A stretch of DNA of 64,000 bases from Eledone cirrhosa. Lineage: Eukaryota. The notes beneath the pieces are model-generated. The model was not told where the DNA came from. It searched no databases and worked only from the letters and a program-made list of their open reading frames with translations. The stretch spans positions 28,210,001 to 28,274,000 of the forward strand of contig OZ024741.1 in NCBI GenBank assembly GCA_964016885.1, read 5' to 3'. A program made the position numbers and the translations under genes. Within the stretch, counting starts at the first letter, position 1. Each line of letters opens with the position of its first letter. Positions 12,930 through 27,458 of the stretch are shown here, in pieces.

Positions 12930-14430
12930 ATATTAATTAGGTTTATAATATTTGAAAGTTCTTCTAATTCTATGATTGCACGATATAATTAATCCTTGTC
13001 GCTTTAGATTTCATTATTTCAAAAAGTTCCTGGGAACATAATCTACACTCATATCTGTTATTTTGAGCACACTCCAGGTCAGGTTATAATCGATATTCTT
13101 TTTTCTATAATTATTAATTATTTCAGCCAAGGATCTTGTATTAGCTAATGCGGCATTTCTAAAACTGTGTTTGTGGGTATTAAATCTTACTTTAAATTGG
13201 TTAGAAGTAGCTCCTATATATGAATAAGTTGAGTCCTTAGTGCTAATTTTACATTTATATACTATGTTATTAATAAGGCAATTTCCTTTTAATGGGCACT
13301 TTGCTTTGTTTCTACAGTTACAACCATTCGTGAATATTATATCAGGGGAGTTAGTCAAATTAGGTGTGGAATTTACTCGACTTGTTGTATGTGAAGGAGA
13401 TGGTGGCTTGCTGCGGTCTATTTTAGCATTATGGTTAGTTTGATGTGTTGGTGGTATATTCATGTTTTTTTTTTACGTTTATATGCATTGTAGGCACTTA
13501 TATTTTGTTGTATATTTTTGGTAGTGGAGTAGGAAAATTTGACCGTTGATCTATTAAAAATTTGATGGTATTTATGGTTTGGCGGGAAGTTTTTCTCTGG
13601 GATAGTAAATTTTTAGGGATATTATCTTTAATTTGTAGATTAAATGGAGCATTATACCAAGTAACTCGTCTATTACGGTTTCGATGCTGTTTTTTTTTTA
13701 TACGATGTATCCTGATGTTTACTAAGAGAGTTAGTATTAGTGAATTTATTATACATATGTTTAGTTAGATTCACTGATTTAGGTGTTTTAGTCTGATTAT
13801 TAGGAATTTTGTTAGTAATGTTATTAACGTATATTGGAGTATTAGGATGAATGGTTTTTTGAAAGTTATTATATTGTATGTAAGAAGAGGTAGAGAAATT
13901 AAGTTTTAAGTTGGTATTTTGGGGTATAGTGTGAGTGGCATCTAGGTGTGTATTTTTCATTTGGTGTTTGTTGGTAATATTGGGTTGTATGTTTGTAGTA
14001 TTATTGGTACAAGGTATATAGACTAATTTGTTTTTGTGGCCGCTTCTAGCTAAAGCTTCGTTATAAAAGGTCGCATTTTTATCGAATACATCCTGGTTAG
14101 ATGAAAGGTTAGAAATTCTGAGTGAGATATTATATGTTAGGTTTTTAAGGATAGATCTAGGGTGATTGGATTGTGAGTGTATGTAATGTAAGTTTTTGTT
14201 AGATTTATGGTAAGATTGGTAGATACCCGTAGATAAGTCTAAAGTTATATCAAGGAAATTAACTACTTTACTGGTGTTTTCAAATGTAATAGTGAGACTA
14301 TAACAGTCTTTGAGGAAAGTTCTAATACATTTTTTTATTTTTTTCAATTTCTGATAGGCTAAGGTTAGTGGAAAGAAGAAGACAGTCATCACGATATAAA
14401 CCACCTTTAAGGTGGGAAAAAGAAGCATTT
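12930..14430 (-). pseudogene. Penelope-like element (Naiad-type motifs), C-terminal RT/thumb + GIY-YIG, disrupted
   Basis: VNFLDITLDL, YIHSQSNHP, CNCRNKAKCPLKGNCL, IVYKC, YIGATSNQFKVRFNTHKHSF. Confidence 0.9.
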
Positions 14431-14449
14431 ATGTTAAATAGAAGAAAGA

Positions 14450-15478
14450 ATGGTATTTATGTGTGCTGGGAAAGCTTTTATCTAAAGCCTTAAAGAATAA
14501 ATTTGCCAGGGGTGTTTTGATAGCTAAAAGACGCAGGAGGTGCATAAAAAAATCACTGCTTTGGTTCTGATTTTTTTCCGAGATTTATTCACTACATTAT
14601 CATTTTTATTTATATTTAAATAATTTTTAGAGTCCGCTTTACTTATGTTATTCGTATTTTTACCTAATTTATAATTCGAATTAGTATTATCTAGATATTC
14701 AATATTATTTTTATATCCTGCCTTATCTAATGCCTCATTATAATATCGAGCTTTTTCATAAAAAATGGATTTATTAGCAGATAATCTAGTTAAGCGTTTT
14801 TGAACACTATTGACTATTGCATTTTTCACAGATTTAGGGTGATTTGAGTAATAGTTAACATAATTTAGGTTTTCGTTGGGCTTGTGGAAGGGGTAATATA
14901 ATCCTGAATTTAAATTAAGAGTGACATCAAGGAAGTTAACTACTTTAGTGTTACTTTCAACTTCTAATTTGAGATCATAATTTTTAAAGAATTCTATTAT
15001 TGTTTTCTTAACCCTATTTAGTTATGTATTGCTATGCTTAACTACAGTAAATAAAATATCATCCCTATATAAACCATCGGTAATCTCCGGCAATTTTCTA
15101 TTTACTATATTGAGGATAAACATTCCCAGAAGATCGGTAATTTGTGCAGAGTCAGATGACCCCATGGTAATGTAAACATTTCTATTCCTATCCGAGCGGG
15201 TCCAAAACTCATTATTAAAATTAATTAGAGTTCTTCTAGCCGTTAATATGATATTAATCTCCTCGCTAGTTAGATCTGTATGTTTATAAGCGTAAAACAA
15301 AGCCTTATTCAAGAGGTTAGGTGTAATAGATGAGTAGTAACTTGCTATGTCCATTTGAATAAATTTGTGACTTTTCTTATTTTCCATATATTTAAACCAG
15401 TCAATTACTTCACTAGTGTACTTCCATAAGCTCAGCTTTGACTTCAATTTCAATGTTGGTAAAATTTGCTTGAACTCA
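14450..15478 (-). pseudogene. Penelope-like RT fragment (Naiad-type), disrupted
   Basis: FIQMDIASYY, ITMGSSDSAQITDLLG, GLYRDD, VNFLDVTLNL, SNHP. Confidence 0.9.
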
Positions 15479-16040
15479 GATATAACACAATAATATAAAT
15501 CCTTTAAAATTTAATAGTCTAAAATCTTAGGTCATTTGATTAATTGAGTATTTTCAATTAACTTAAGATTTGAAAATAAACAGTCAAGCATTTTTCTTTC
15601 CCCCCTATCTAATTATACGCTATTTACATGTTACAATACATATCTCCCTCTCTTTGACTATACGATTCAACTTAGTTTCCTGTCTCTATCATTTGATCAT
15701 TTCTCCCTTCTCTTGTTCCTACGATCAAATCTCCTTTTTTTCTTCTTTTTCTCTCTTTCCTCATGATTTGCTATCTCGATCTATCACTTCCACTATCATC
15801 AATAATGAGGTATGAATATATTATTATTATTTAAATTTTTAACAGTTATAGAAGTTTATGTATTATATATTATTAATTATTTATATATCTTTTTACACAT
15901 TCTCATACGCACCCTCTGTATTATATGTAATTTTTCATGTTTCAACTTAAGGTATATAAATATCGAGTTTTATCATAACTAATCACTTCCATGACTAAAT
16001 TATAACCATCAACATAGTCAAGATATGTCAAGCATCAACT

Positions 16041-16106
16041 TATTTTATCTGATGAGGACGTACCGTTGAAATAGCTCAGTATCTCTGAAATATGTATAAT
16101 AAAATA
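16041..16106 (+). ncRNA. Type I hammerhead ribozyme, family F
   Basis: TATTTTAT-CTGATGA-GGACGTAC...GTATCTCT-GAAAT-ATGT-ATA-ATAAAATA. 8-bp stem I, AUA triplet. Confidence 0.85.
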
Positions 16107-16148
16107 TATTTGATCACATGAATGTCTATATTTATTAATATTTTGAAG

Positions 16149-16209
<61 letters not shown>

Positions 16210-16224
16210 CATACATATACATAC

Positions 16225-16280
<56 letters not shown>

Positions 16281-16500
16281 GGATTAACAAATAATAGTTA
16301 AATGCAGTCCACTTAGGTGAAGTCCAGTTATGGTATTCCAGGTAGTGGATGATATTAACGCTTGGCTTGGTTTGATTCAACAAGGCGTTTTCATAGTGAT
16401 GCTGCGGGTTTGCTGTAATTCCTATGTTGTAAACACTTGGAGTAATAATAAATCAGGAAAGAAGGTTTACATGGTTTGCTATACAAAAAAGTTTTTATTC

Positions 16501-16615
16501 ACATAGCTTACATTTGTTTCACTGAATTGGTCTGTCTAGAGATCGCTATCCACCTAATTTTGCGTCATTCGATCGCCAATACAGAATTATAACCAGTCAG
16601 ATCTTCGGAGCATGC
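16501..16615 (-). ncRNA. Hammerhead ribozyme in PLE pLTR (U4C core, 81-nt stem II domain)
   Basis: GCATGCT-CCGAAGA-TCTGACTGGTT...GACCAATTCAGT-GAAAC-AAAT-GTA-AGCTATGT. Confidence 0.7.
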
Positions 16616-16771
16616 GAGAATGAAGAAAATACACAGGCAAGAAAAGAAAAGAAAATATGGAGTAGTTATGGCATTCAATTAGAACAATAACAACAACAAT
16701 TATTACAACAATGCTATCAATAAACTATTTAAGGAGACCCTGACATTACATTAATATACGCATATATCTAT

Positions 16772-16934
<163 letters not shown>

Positions 16935-17262
16935 AATATATATACACATATATGTGTACATAGACACATACATACACATCAATATACACTCGTACAAAAA
17001 TATACATACATGCAAAGAGAAAAGCGTGCTAATTGTAGTTATGGCAAAAAGAAGGTAAAGTAACATTGTAGTAGTGAAATGAGAGAAACTAGGATCTAGG
17101 ATCAAATGATTGCAGCAGCTGAGAAGGAGTAAGATTGTTGGTAGATGAGGTATTTACAGACTATTGTGTGGTATAGACTTGTGAAGGAAATAGTATACTT
17201 AATGAATATATTTCTGTGGGTAGTAGGTATCCTAATTTAAAGCTATGTTATGTTGGTTCGAT

Positions 17263-19215
17263 TCACGGAGGTTTGAATCTTATGAATTTAGTGGCTATTC
17301 TATGTCTGCAGAAGATAGATCTTTCTAACTTATTATTAAGTAGCCTTTTAACATTTCTAAGGATATACAATAGCTCAAGATCACACAGCCCGCAATAGGA
17401 CATCCCTGTACTATAGGTTTTAGCAGCCGACAACTTCGACCAGTTGATAGTGTAGCTAGCGTTGCTGTCCTTCAATTCCCATATTTTTCTGGCGAGAGTG
17501 GTGGAACCCATAAGTGCTCGATTTTTCATTGAGTGCCTGTGCACATACCATCTTTTCTTAAAAGAACCCGCGGTGGATCCTATGTAATTCCAGGTGGAGT
17601 TACCCGAGATGACAGTGCACATGTACACCAGGCTCGAATCGAGACATCTATTCGCCAATGGGCACCTATCTGGGAGGTGACAGTTGCAGTTTGAGGCGCT
17701 ATTTTGTGCAGCTTTTACATTCCTATTTAGTACCCTGTTATAAGTGGGTTGTGATATATGCCCCATGGGGTTTTGCTGCTGCGCGTTTGTATGCGCTTGT
17801 GGTTGTGATGTTGTGATGAGTTTGTGCTTATGTATAGGTGCAATTGATTTACTTGAGATATTTCTGTGGTTGATCTTACGTATGTGTGATTCTATGTTAG
17901 CTGCTGTTGAGAAAGAGAGTTTAATAGTAGATCTATTGAGTATTTTGTGATATCTATGCGAGATAGGGAAGTGTTTATCTATTAGTTTAAAGAATGTAGA
18001 GGGCAGTCTAGTTTTTATAGAGGAGTTGAATATTGGGTTGAACCATAGGTATTTTCTTTGTCTGTTTCTTCTATTGTTTCTAGGGTTTACGTTATTAGTG
18101 TTTTGGCCGTTTACTCTAGGTGTTACATGTCTAACCCTATGTCTAGTCAAGCTATTCCTATTATTATGTGAGCGGTTGGAGTAGAAATTACTAGGATTGT
18201 TTATGTTGTCCTTATTCACTATATACTGTAGTTTATCTTTATGACCGGCCCTACTTAATGCTGCATTATAATAGTCAGCATGCTCGTTAAAGATTTCTAG
18301 GTTTGAGGATAGGCGGGATATTCGGAGGGATATACTACGTGCTATGGATTTAATTATGGATTTGGGGTGATTTGAGTTGTAACTAATGTAGGCAAGATTT
18401 TCATTATTTTTGTGGAAAGGTTCTATTAATCCAGTATTTAGATTTAGAGTTACATCTAGAAAGTTTACCTTCTTATGGTTTAGTTCTTAGGTAATACTTA
18501 GGCCTAGTTTTTTTAAGAATATTCTAATATTTTTCCTTAGTCTTTCCATGCTCTGGTTGTTTAGGTTCCTAGCTATAAGTAACGTGTCGTCCCTATAAAT
18601 TCCTCCCTGGAGGTTACTGAATTCCTTATGTAGGTTGTGTGCTATGAATAGCCCCACGATATCTGTAATTTGCGCAGAATCATTTGATCCCATTGTAATA
18701 TCGAATCTATTTATTCTATCCTTTCTTACCCAGTAGTTATTTTCAAATTTTACGATAGTCCTTCTAGCCGCTATTATTATTTCAATTTCATCATGGGTAA
18801 GATTAGAGTTATTTTGGGCAAATATAAGCGCCTTATCTAGGGTAGCTGGGGATATGGATGCATAATAGTCGTCTATATCAAATTGTATGAAGTTACACGT
18901 CTCCCTATTTTGTATTTTATTGAACCATTTAATTGCCTCGTTAGTGTTGCCCCATAAATTGATTTCTAGTTTATCCTTTATTTGTGCGATTACCCTATCT
19001 AGAATGTTTTTGCTAATTTTACCTATGTCTGACTTGGATGGGCATATTAATCTAATGGTGGGATTAGTTTCAAAGTTATTTTTGTGATCTTTCAGGTTAA
19101 ATGTAGGGTTGCACGGGGTAAGCGGTTCGGTCCTATCTGAAATTCCGAGTTTATTAACTATCTTGAGGCCCTCCATGTTTATGCTGGTGAGTGTAGATTC
19201 ATTAGTTTTTTTATA
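17263..19215 (-). pseudogene. PLE ORF, inverted copy (RT + GIY-YIG); one in-frame TAA at 18487-18489
   Basis: ORFs 18487-19176 and 17263-18219 are in the same frame. FIQFDIDDYY, GGIYRDD, CNCHLPDRCPLANRC, YIGSTAGSFKKRWYVH. Confidence 0.92.
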
Positions 19216-19552
19216 ATTCGTTAACCTCTGTATTAACTCTACAACTATTGAGCTTTGACAGTGGTCCCACTCATGTATACTGTTGAAGATGAAGAGAAAG
19301 ACTGTAAATACTAGCTTATCTTTATAATTTAAAATTGATACACACTACGATACTTTTTGCCTTATGACAGCTGATTTTCACGCCGTAACATTAGATACAT
19401 TATATACCCCCCACCTAAGTAATGTCAGGGTCTCCTTAAATAGTTTATTGATAGCATTGTTGTAATAATTGTTGTTGTTATTGTTCTAGTTGAATGCCAT
19501 AACTACTCCATATTTTCTTTTCTTTTCTTGCTTGTGTATTTTCTTCATTCTC

Positions 19553-19667
19553 GCATGCACCGAAGATCTGACTGGTTATAATTCTGTATTGGCGATCGAA
19601 TGACGCAAAATTAGGTGGATAGCGATCTCTAGACAGACCAATTCAGTGAAACAAATGTAAGCTATGT
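19553..19667 (+). ncRNA. Hammerhead ribozyme in 5' pLTR (U4C; first stem I pair broken)
   Basis: Same motif as 16501 and 23093 but with GCATGCA-CCGAAGA. Confidence 0.6.
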
Positions 19668-19939
19668 GAATAAAAACTTTTTTGTATAGCAAACCATGTA
19701 AACCTTCTTTCCTGATTTATTATTACTCCAAGTGTTTACAACATAGGAATTACAGCAAACCCGCAGCATCACTATGAAAACGCCTTGTTGAGTCAAACCA
19801 AGCCAAGCGTTAATATCATCCACTACCTGGAATACCATAACTGGACTTCACCTAAGTGGACTGCATTTAACTATTATTTGTTAATCCGTATATTTAGCTC
19901 CCACCTGGTCGAGCAACACCATTAACGCACGGCAACAAC

Positions 19940-22322
19940 ATGGAGAAGCACTGTATAGGTATGTCACTAAAAAACATACCTGTACCTACAAAAAAGGACT
20001 ATACACTGGGCATGATACGACGGACTAATGATTTCATCCGCAGGGTCCGATGGAAAGCTTACCATTTGGATAAGGGACCGAATACCAACAGAAGGGAATT
20101 TTCTAAGGAGAATTACGGGTTTAAATCCTGCAAAAACCCGCCAAACAACCCCGCACTCGATGCCTTCGAGCTGGACCTTATGAACATGATAAGTGAAACT
20201 AAATTTAAAAAAAGAACAAATCACAACAAATTGCAAAATGACTTAAATACATTACTTAAAAAACTAAAAGACACTAACGGTATCATAGTAAAAGCAGACA
20301 AAATATCAAACGTATACTCTATGGACATTAACACATACAATAACTTTATTCAGCGTGAACTACATAAAAAATATAAAAAAACTAATGAATCTACACTCAC
20401 CAGCATTAACATGGAGGGCCTCAAGATAGTTAATAAACTCGGAATTTCAGATAGGACCGAACCGCTTACCCCGTGCAACCCTACATTTAACCTGAAAGAT
20501 CACAAAAATAACTTTGAAACTAATCCCACCATTAGATTAATATGCCCATCCAAGTCAGACATAGGTAAAATTAGCAAAAACATTCTAGATAGGGTAATCG
20601 CACAAATAAAGGGTAAACTAGAAATCAATTTATGGGGCAACACTAACGAGGCAATTAAATGGTTCAATAAAATACAAAATAGGGAGACGTGTAACTTCAT
20701 ACAATTTGATATAGACGACTATTATGCATCCATATCCCCAGCTACCCTAGATAAGGCGCTTATATTTGCCCAAAATAACTCTAATCTTACCCATGATGAA
20801 ATTGAAATAATAATAGCGGCTAGAAGGACTATCGTAAAATTTGAAAATAACTACTGGGTAAGAAAGGATAGAATAAATAGATTCGATATTACAATGGGAT
20901 CAAATGATTCTGCGCAAATTACAGATATCGTGGGGCTATTCATAGCACACAACCTACATAAGGAATTCAGTAACCTCCAGGGAGGAATTTATAGGGACGA
21001 CACGTTATTTATAGCTAGGAACCTAAACAACCAGAGCATGGAAAGACTAAGGAAAAATATTAGAATATTCTTAAAAAAACTAGGCCTAAGTATTACCTAA
21101 GAACTAAACCATAAGAAGGTAAACTTTCTAGATGTAACTCTAAATCTAAATACTGGATTAATACAACCTTTCCAAAAATAATGAAAATCTTGCCTACATT
21201 AGTTACAACTCAAATCACCCCAAATCCATAATTAAATCCATAGCACGTAGTATATCCCTCCGAATATCCCGCCTATCCTCAAACCTAGAAATCTTTAACG
21301 AGCATGCTGACTATTATAATGCAGCATTAAGTAGGGCCGGTCATAAAGATAAACTACAGTATATAGTGAATAAGGACAACATAAACAATCCTAGTAATTT
21401 CTACTCCAACCGCTCACATAATGATAGGAATAGCTTGACTAGACATAGGGTTAGACATGTAACACCTAGAGTAAACGGCCAAAACACTAATAACGTAAAC
21501 CCTAGAAACAATAGAAGAAACAGACAAAGAAAATACCTATGGTTCAACCCAATATTCAACTCCTCTATAAAAACTAGACTGCCCTCTACATTCTTTAAAC
21601 TAATAGATAAACACTTCCCTATCTCGCATAGATATCACAAAATACTCAATAGATCTACTATTAAACTCTCTTTCTCAACAGCAGCTAACATAGAATCACA
21701 CATACGTAAGATCAACCACAGAAATATCTCAAGTAAATCAATTGCACCTATACATAAGCACAAACTCATCACAACATCACAACCACAAGCGCATACAAAC
21801 GCGCAGCAGCAAAACCCCATGGGGCATATATCACAACCCACTTATAACAGGGTACTAAATAGGAATGTAAAAGCTGCACAAAATAGCGCCTCAAACTGCA
21901 ACTGTCACCTCCCAGATAGGTGCCCATTGGCGAATAGATGTCTCGATTCGAGCCTGGTGTACATGTGCACTGTCATCTCGGGTAACTCCACCTGGAATTA
22001 CATAGGATCCACCGCGGGTTCTTTTAAGAAAAGATGGTATGTGCACAGGCACTCAATGAAAAATCGAGCACTTATGGGTTCCACCACTCTCGCCAGAAAA
22101 ATATGGGAATTGAAGGACAGCAACGCTAGCTACACTATCAACTGGTCGAAGTTGTCGGCTGCTAAAACCTATAGTACAGGGATGTCCTATTGCGGGCTGT
22201 GTGATCTTGAGCTATTGTATATCCTTAGAAATGTTAAAAGGCTACTTAATAATAAGTTAGAAAGATCTATCTTCTGCAGACATAGAATAGCCACTAAATT
22301 CATAAGATTCAAACCTCCGTGA
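19940..22322 (+). pseudogene. Full-length PLE ORF (~795 codons reconstructed; RT + GIY-YIG; Naiad-type motif layout) with premature TAA at 21098-21100 and a 2-nt deletion near 21173
   Basis: N-terminal SLKNIPVP...FIRRVRWKA, KADK, RLICPSKSDIG, QFDIDDYY, MGSNDSAQITD, YRDD, WFNP, CNC..CPL..C, VY/YIG, CGLC, CRHR. Confidence 0.93.
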
Positions 22323-22650
22323 ATCGAACCAACATAACATAGCTTTAAATTAGGATACCTACTACCCACAGAAATATATTCATTAAGTATACTATTTCCT
22401 TCACAAGTCTATACCACACAATAGTCTGTAAATACCTCATCTACCAACAATCTTACTCCTTCTCAGCTGCTGCAATCATTTGATCCTAGATCCTAGTTTC
22501 TCTCATTTCACTACTACAATGTTACTTTACCTTCTTTTTGCCATAACTACAATTAGCACGCTTTTCTCTTTGCATGTATGTATATTTTTGTACGAGTGTA
22601 TATTGATGTGTATGTATGTGTCTATGTACACATATATGTGTATATATATT

Positions 22651-22735
<85 letters not shown>

Positions 22736-23092
22736 ATAGATATATGCGTATATTAATTCGTTAACCTCTGTATTAACTCTACAACTATTGAGCTTTGACA
22801 GTGGTCCCACTCATGTATACTGTTGAAGATGAAGAGAAAGACTGTAAAAACTAGCTTATCTTTATAATTTAAAATTGATACACACTACGATACTTTTTGC
22901 CTTATGACAGCTGATTTTCACGCCGTAACATTAGATACATTATATACCCCCCACCTAAGTAATGTCAGGGTCTCCTTAAATAGTTTATTGATAGCATTGT
23001 TGTAATAATTGTTGTTGTTATTGTTCTAATTGAATGCCATAACTACTCCATATTTTCTTTTCTTTTCTTGCCTGTGTATTTTCTTCATTCTC

Positions 23093-23207
23093 GCATGCTC
23101 CGAAGATCTGACTGGTTATAATTCTGTATTGGCGATCGAATGACGCAAAATTAGGCGGATAGCGATCTCTAGACAGACCAGTTCAGTGAAACAAATGTAA
23201 GCTATGT
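23093..23207 (+). ncRNA. Hammerhead ribozyme in 3' pLTR (U4C core)
   Basis: GCATGCT-CCGAAGA-TCTGACTGGTT...GACCAGTTCAGT-GAAAC-AAAT-GTA-AGCTATGT. Confidence 0.72.
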
Positions 23208-23251
23208 GAATAAAAACTTTTTTGTATAGCAAACCATGTAAACCTTCTTTC

Positions 23252-23316
<65 letters not shown>

Positions 23317-23349
23317 GTACACACACACACATACACACATATACACATA

Positions 23350-24900
23350 CGAAGGACGGAATTACTTTTTCAGGAATTTTACCACCATAACCGATACTGA
23401 GCAAGATGCTATTCTCCATGCCCGTAAGACCTTCCTATACTACGATGGATCTTACTGGATCAACAAGAAGTCTCAGACCCCATTTGACGTCAGCATGGGA
23501 GCGAGTGACTCGGCTGAAATAAGCGACCTTGTGGGCCTGTACATTTTACATCACCTGAAGAACCTCTTTACTGGCCTAACCGGAGGTTTATACCGAGACG
23601 ACGGCCTCTTCGCCCTGCACAAGGTTAACCCCAGAACCACCGATGGGTTTCGGAGAAACTTAAGCTCGTTCTTCCGTAATCTAGGATTTAGTATAACTAT
23701 AGAATCTAATATGACTAGGGCCAACTTTTTAGATGTCACTCTCGACCAAATACTTCCTTCTATTACCCGTACCACAAACCTAATGAGTCACTTAGATATA
23801 TTAATGTTAATTCTAACCACCCCCAAAACATCAATGATAACTTAATAAAAAGCGTCTTTATTAGAATCTCTGGCCTCTCGGCCAATGAAGATATATTTAT
23901 CGCCTCTGCCTCCTACTACAATGACGCCCTCGCCCGCAGTGGATTTAAAGAAAAGATAACTTACCTAGAAACCACCGCAACACCGCAAGACTGCATAGGA
24001 AGAATAGGCATAGGCAGATTAGCTGGTACAACCCTCCCTTCAATAGAGAGGTCTCTACACCTATAGCTAGGATTTTCTTCACCTTGCTGAACACACACTT
24101 CTCCATACAACATAGGTACTACACCATCTTTAATAAGAACACAATAAAACTCTCCTACTCCACTACACCTAACCTAGCTAGGAATATAGCCAATCTCAAT
24201 TCTAAAAAATTAAATAAGCCAACCACCTCCGAACCCAATCCCCGGACTGAGGCCTTGTGCAATTGCCTAAATAAGGAAGCCTGCCCACTTGAAAACAAAT
24301 GCCTGACAAATGATATCGTATACAAATGCGATGTCATCTCAGGCACCGATGATTGCAACAACAAAAAGACTTACATCGGCATGACTTCCAATAACTTTAA
24401 GACCCGGTGGTGTGCCCACACCCATTCCTTCAGATGACCGGACAAATCAAATCAGACAACACTCGCCTCCTATGTTTAGGACCTCAAAAGGACCACCACC
24501 CCCTTCACGCATAAATGGAAAATACTCCAGAAAGCGCGCTCATACAACGGAGGACACAAGTGCTGCGACTTTTGTATCTCAGCGAGCTACGAAATATTAT
24601 TCGCCAAGGGCCTGCTACTGAACAAACTCTCTAAACACTGCCCGAACTGCATGCACAAAAACTTTGCAACTTTCAAATACCTTAAGCCAGTGTTAATTCC
24701 CGATGGCTAAAAACGACCTCCCCTTTTTTTCTTTAAACGCCACCCGACAAAGTAGCCCTCTACCTCCTTCCCACCCTACCCCTACCCCTTCTCGACCTGA
24801 AACACGGCACTATAGTTATGTAAGTACCTCTTACCTATCTGCATTTTCTGCTTGTAGAGCTGTTTTTATGTGCCTGTGTATATGCGTACATTTATGAGTA
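23350..24900 (+). pseudogene. Second Naiad-type PLE family, 5'-truncated and frameshifted
   Basis: FDVSMGASDSAEISDLVG, GGLYRDDGL, NFLDVTLD, CNCLNKEACPLENKC, YIGMTSNNFKTRWCAH. Confidence 0.9.
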
Positions 24901-25176
24901 CTTATTTGTATGTATTTGTATGAGTGGCCGTTCGTTTGTATGCGTATCGTTGTGTACGTGCGTTCATATGTACCTGCATATTGGCATGTATGTGTATGTT
25001 TGTGTGTATATATATATATATGCATATATATATGTATGTGTATATATATGTGTATATATGTATATATATATATATATGTATATGTGTATATGTATGTATA
25101 TATATGTATGTGTGTATGTATGTGTGTATATATATATATATGTGTATATGTATGTATATGTGTATATATATCTATA

Positions 25177-25215
<39 letters not shown>

Positions 25216-25258
25216 GTGTATATATATATGTATATGTGTGTATATATATGTATATCTG

Positions 25259-25318
<60 letters not shown>

Positions 25319-25377
25319 GTGTATATATATATGTATATGTGTATATATATATGTATATGTGTGTATATATATGTATA

Positions 25378-25446
<69 letters not shown>

Positions 25447-25629
25447 TCAATACATAAACAGAGAAAGCCTTAAGCGATACTCCGACCAACTCCATCTCAC
25501 TCAACAAACATTAGGATATACTAAAGTATTATCCCAATTTAGTGTGTGGGGTGCTAACTAATCAGTATTTCGTGGATAATTGGTTGTATTATTTTATATG
25601 AGACATTATTAAATAAATATCTCATTTCT

Positions 25630-25753
25630 TCCAGACGGCCGTTTCGTTATAAGATTTCTACAATTTGGGATAAATTATTTCCAGGTTATGTAGAAACTTG
25701 TATATAATCCATAGTTTTATACACAAGCGGGCTCTTATAAACTCATCAGTAGA
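25630..25753 (-). ncRNA. Type I hammerhead ribozyme, family H (97-nt branched stem II), within repeat ~25445-25835
   Basis: TCTA-CTGATGA-GTTTATAAGA...TCTTATAAC-GAAAC-GGCC-GTC-TGGA. Palindromic stem III ACGGCCGT. Confidence 0.85.
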
Positions 25754-25923
25754 TGCCCAGTCAATAACGATATAAGAATTATATCGACATTAACAGAAAG
25801 GTGATAGTCTCCCTCAGCGCTAATATAGTTTCCTAATAGTTTCCTATTACCCACTCTACTACCCTAAGTATTGAGTACTTTGGTGCGTTATGGTCCACCT
25901 GGTTCCTTACCACATTTCCTTCG

Positions 25924-25966
<43 letters not shown>

Positions 25967-26591
25967 GTATTAATCTAGTAAAGAAGAATGAAGAGGACTC
26001 TCTATGACAAGAAACAAAATGTCAATCTGTTTGGCATACTTGCCGCTTATAACATCATGTGTCCATCATATTTAAATGTTAGCTATTAATCTATGATTAT
26101 TCACATTTTGGGCTTATTGTCGCCGTTGGATATTTTACTGTGCCATACAATAAACAAATTGCCTCTCTATTGGGGGATTATATAGTGAAATCCCCGTGGA
26201 ATGAATTTCATATACATCGAGGTTGTACAGTTAGTTTATTCAACGAAGACATTTATAGCGTAATTTGACACAGAAAGAGGAGGTAACTAAGATCGTAAAT
26301 CGGTTAAGCGATATAATATATAGAATGTTCTATATACTTTAGATTTACAGTTGTTCATTGGGGGGACGTGTCCTCTATTCTTATTTATGTATTTATTTAT
26401 TTTCTTGTCTAAAATATGTGTTTATGATGTCTGATCTTATGTGAAATGAAATATTGAGCGCAAATACATAATTATATTCCAACTCAGACGAACAGACATA
26501 CAAGTAATATAATATATATGGTCAAGAATATTTAAATAATCCGATTATACACGTGGCACACACATACTTACACTCACCCACATGTGTATAT

Positions 26592-26704
<113 letters not shown>

Positions 26705-26709
26705 ATATC

Positions 26710-26761
<52 letters not shown>

Positions 26762-26788
26762 AGTACGTTATTCCGGGTTGAATCGATC

Positions 26789-26862
<74 letters not shown>

Positions 26863-27263
26863 TAGTATTTGCCGCTCCTAAATATTCTGTTAGTAGACCT
26901 TTTTCTGTTGAAAGGACTCGGCTGTTATTTCTAGCTGTCGATAAGCCTATTCACGCCACTGACTTAACGGTGGGGCGATGTGTATTTTTTTAAACCCACG
27001 TGTGCTTTTCGTCGTTATTTCTGATTTTTGTTCTTAGTGTGGAATCACAGAGAGTTAAATCTTCTCCTTTGCCGATGATCCAAGATTTAACATCTGTGAT
27101 TCACCGATTAATGGTGAAATATATTTCTTTAATGGAATATATATAAAGGAGATTAATCATTATTGCAAGGTATCTATATTCAAGGTTCTCATTAATTTTT
27201 AATATGTTACCTCCGTAACTATGTGTGTTTACACTCTTTACAAATCTTCACCCTGTCAATGTT

Positions 27264-27343
<80 letters not shown>

Positions 27344-27392
27344 CACTTTCCTATAAACAAGTGCTATTATGCCTCATATCATTGTACCTTAT

Positions 27393-27458
27393 TTTTATCT
27401 GAAGAGAACACAATATCTGTCCCAGGATGACTTTGTATTCGAAATACGTATAATAAAA
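27393..27458 (+). ncRNA. Type I hammerhead ribozyme, family F
   Basis: TTTTAT-CTGAAGA-GAACACAA...TTGTATTC-GAAAT-ACGT-ATA-ATAAAA. Palindromic ATACGTAT. Confidence 0.88.

Noticed and set aside
21098-21100. In-frame stop as selenocysteine recoding (known in some Naiad PLEs)
   Set aside because: The codon is TAA, not TGA. The Cys motifs use normal codons, and no SECIS was identified
24910-25561. Many ORFs of YI/CV/HT dipeptide repeats here and elsewhere
   Set aside because: They are translations of (TA)n, (TG)n and (CA)n microsatellites, not genes
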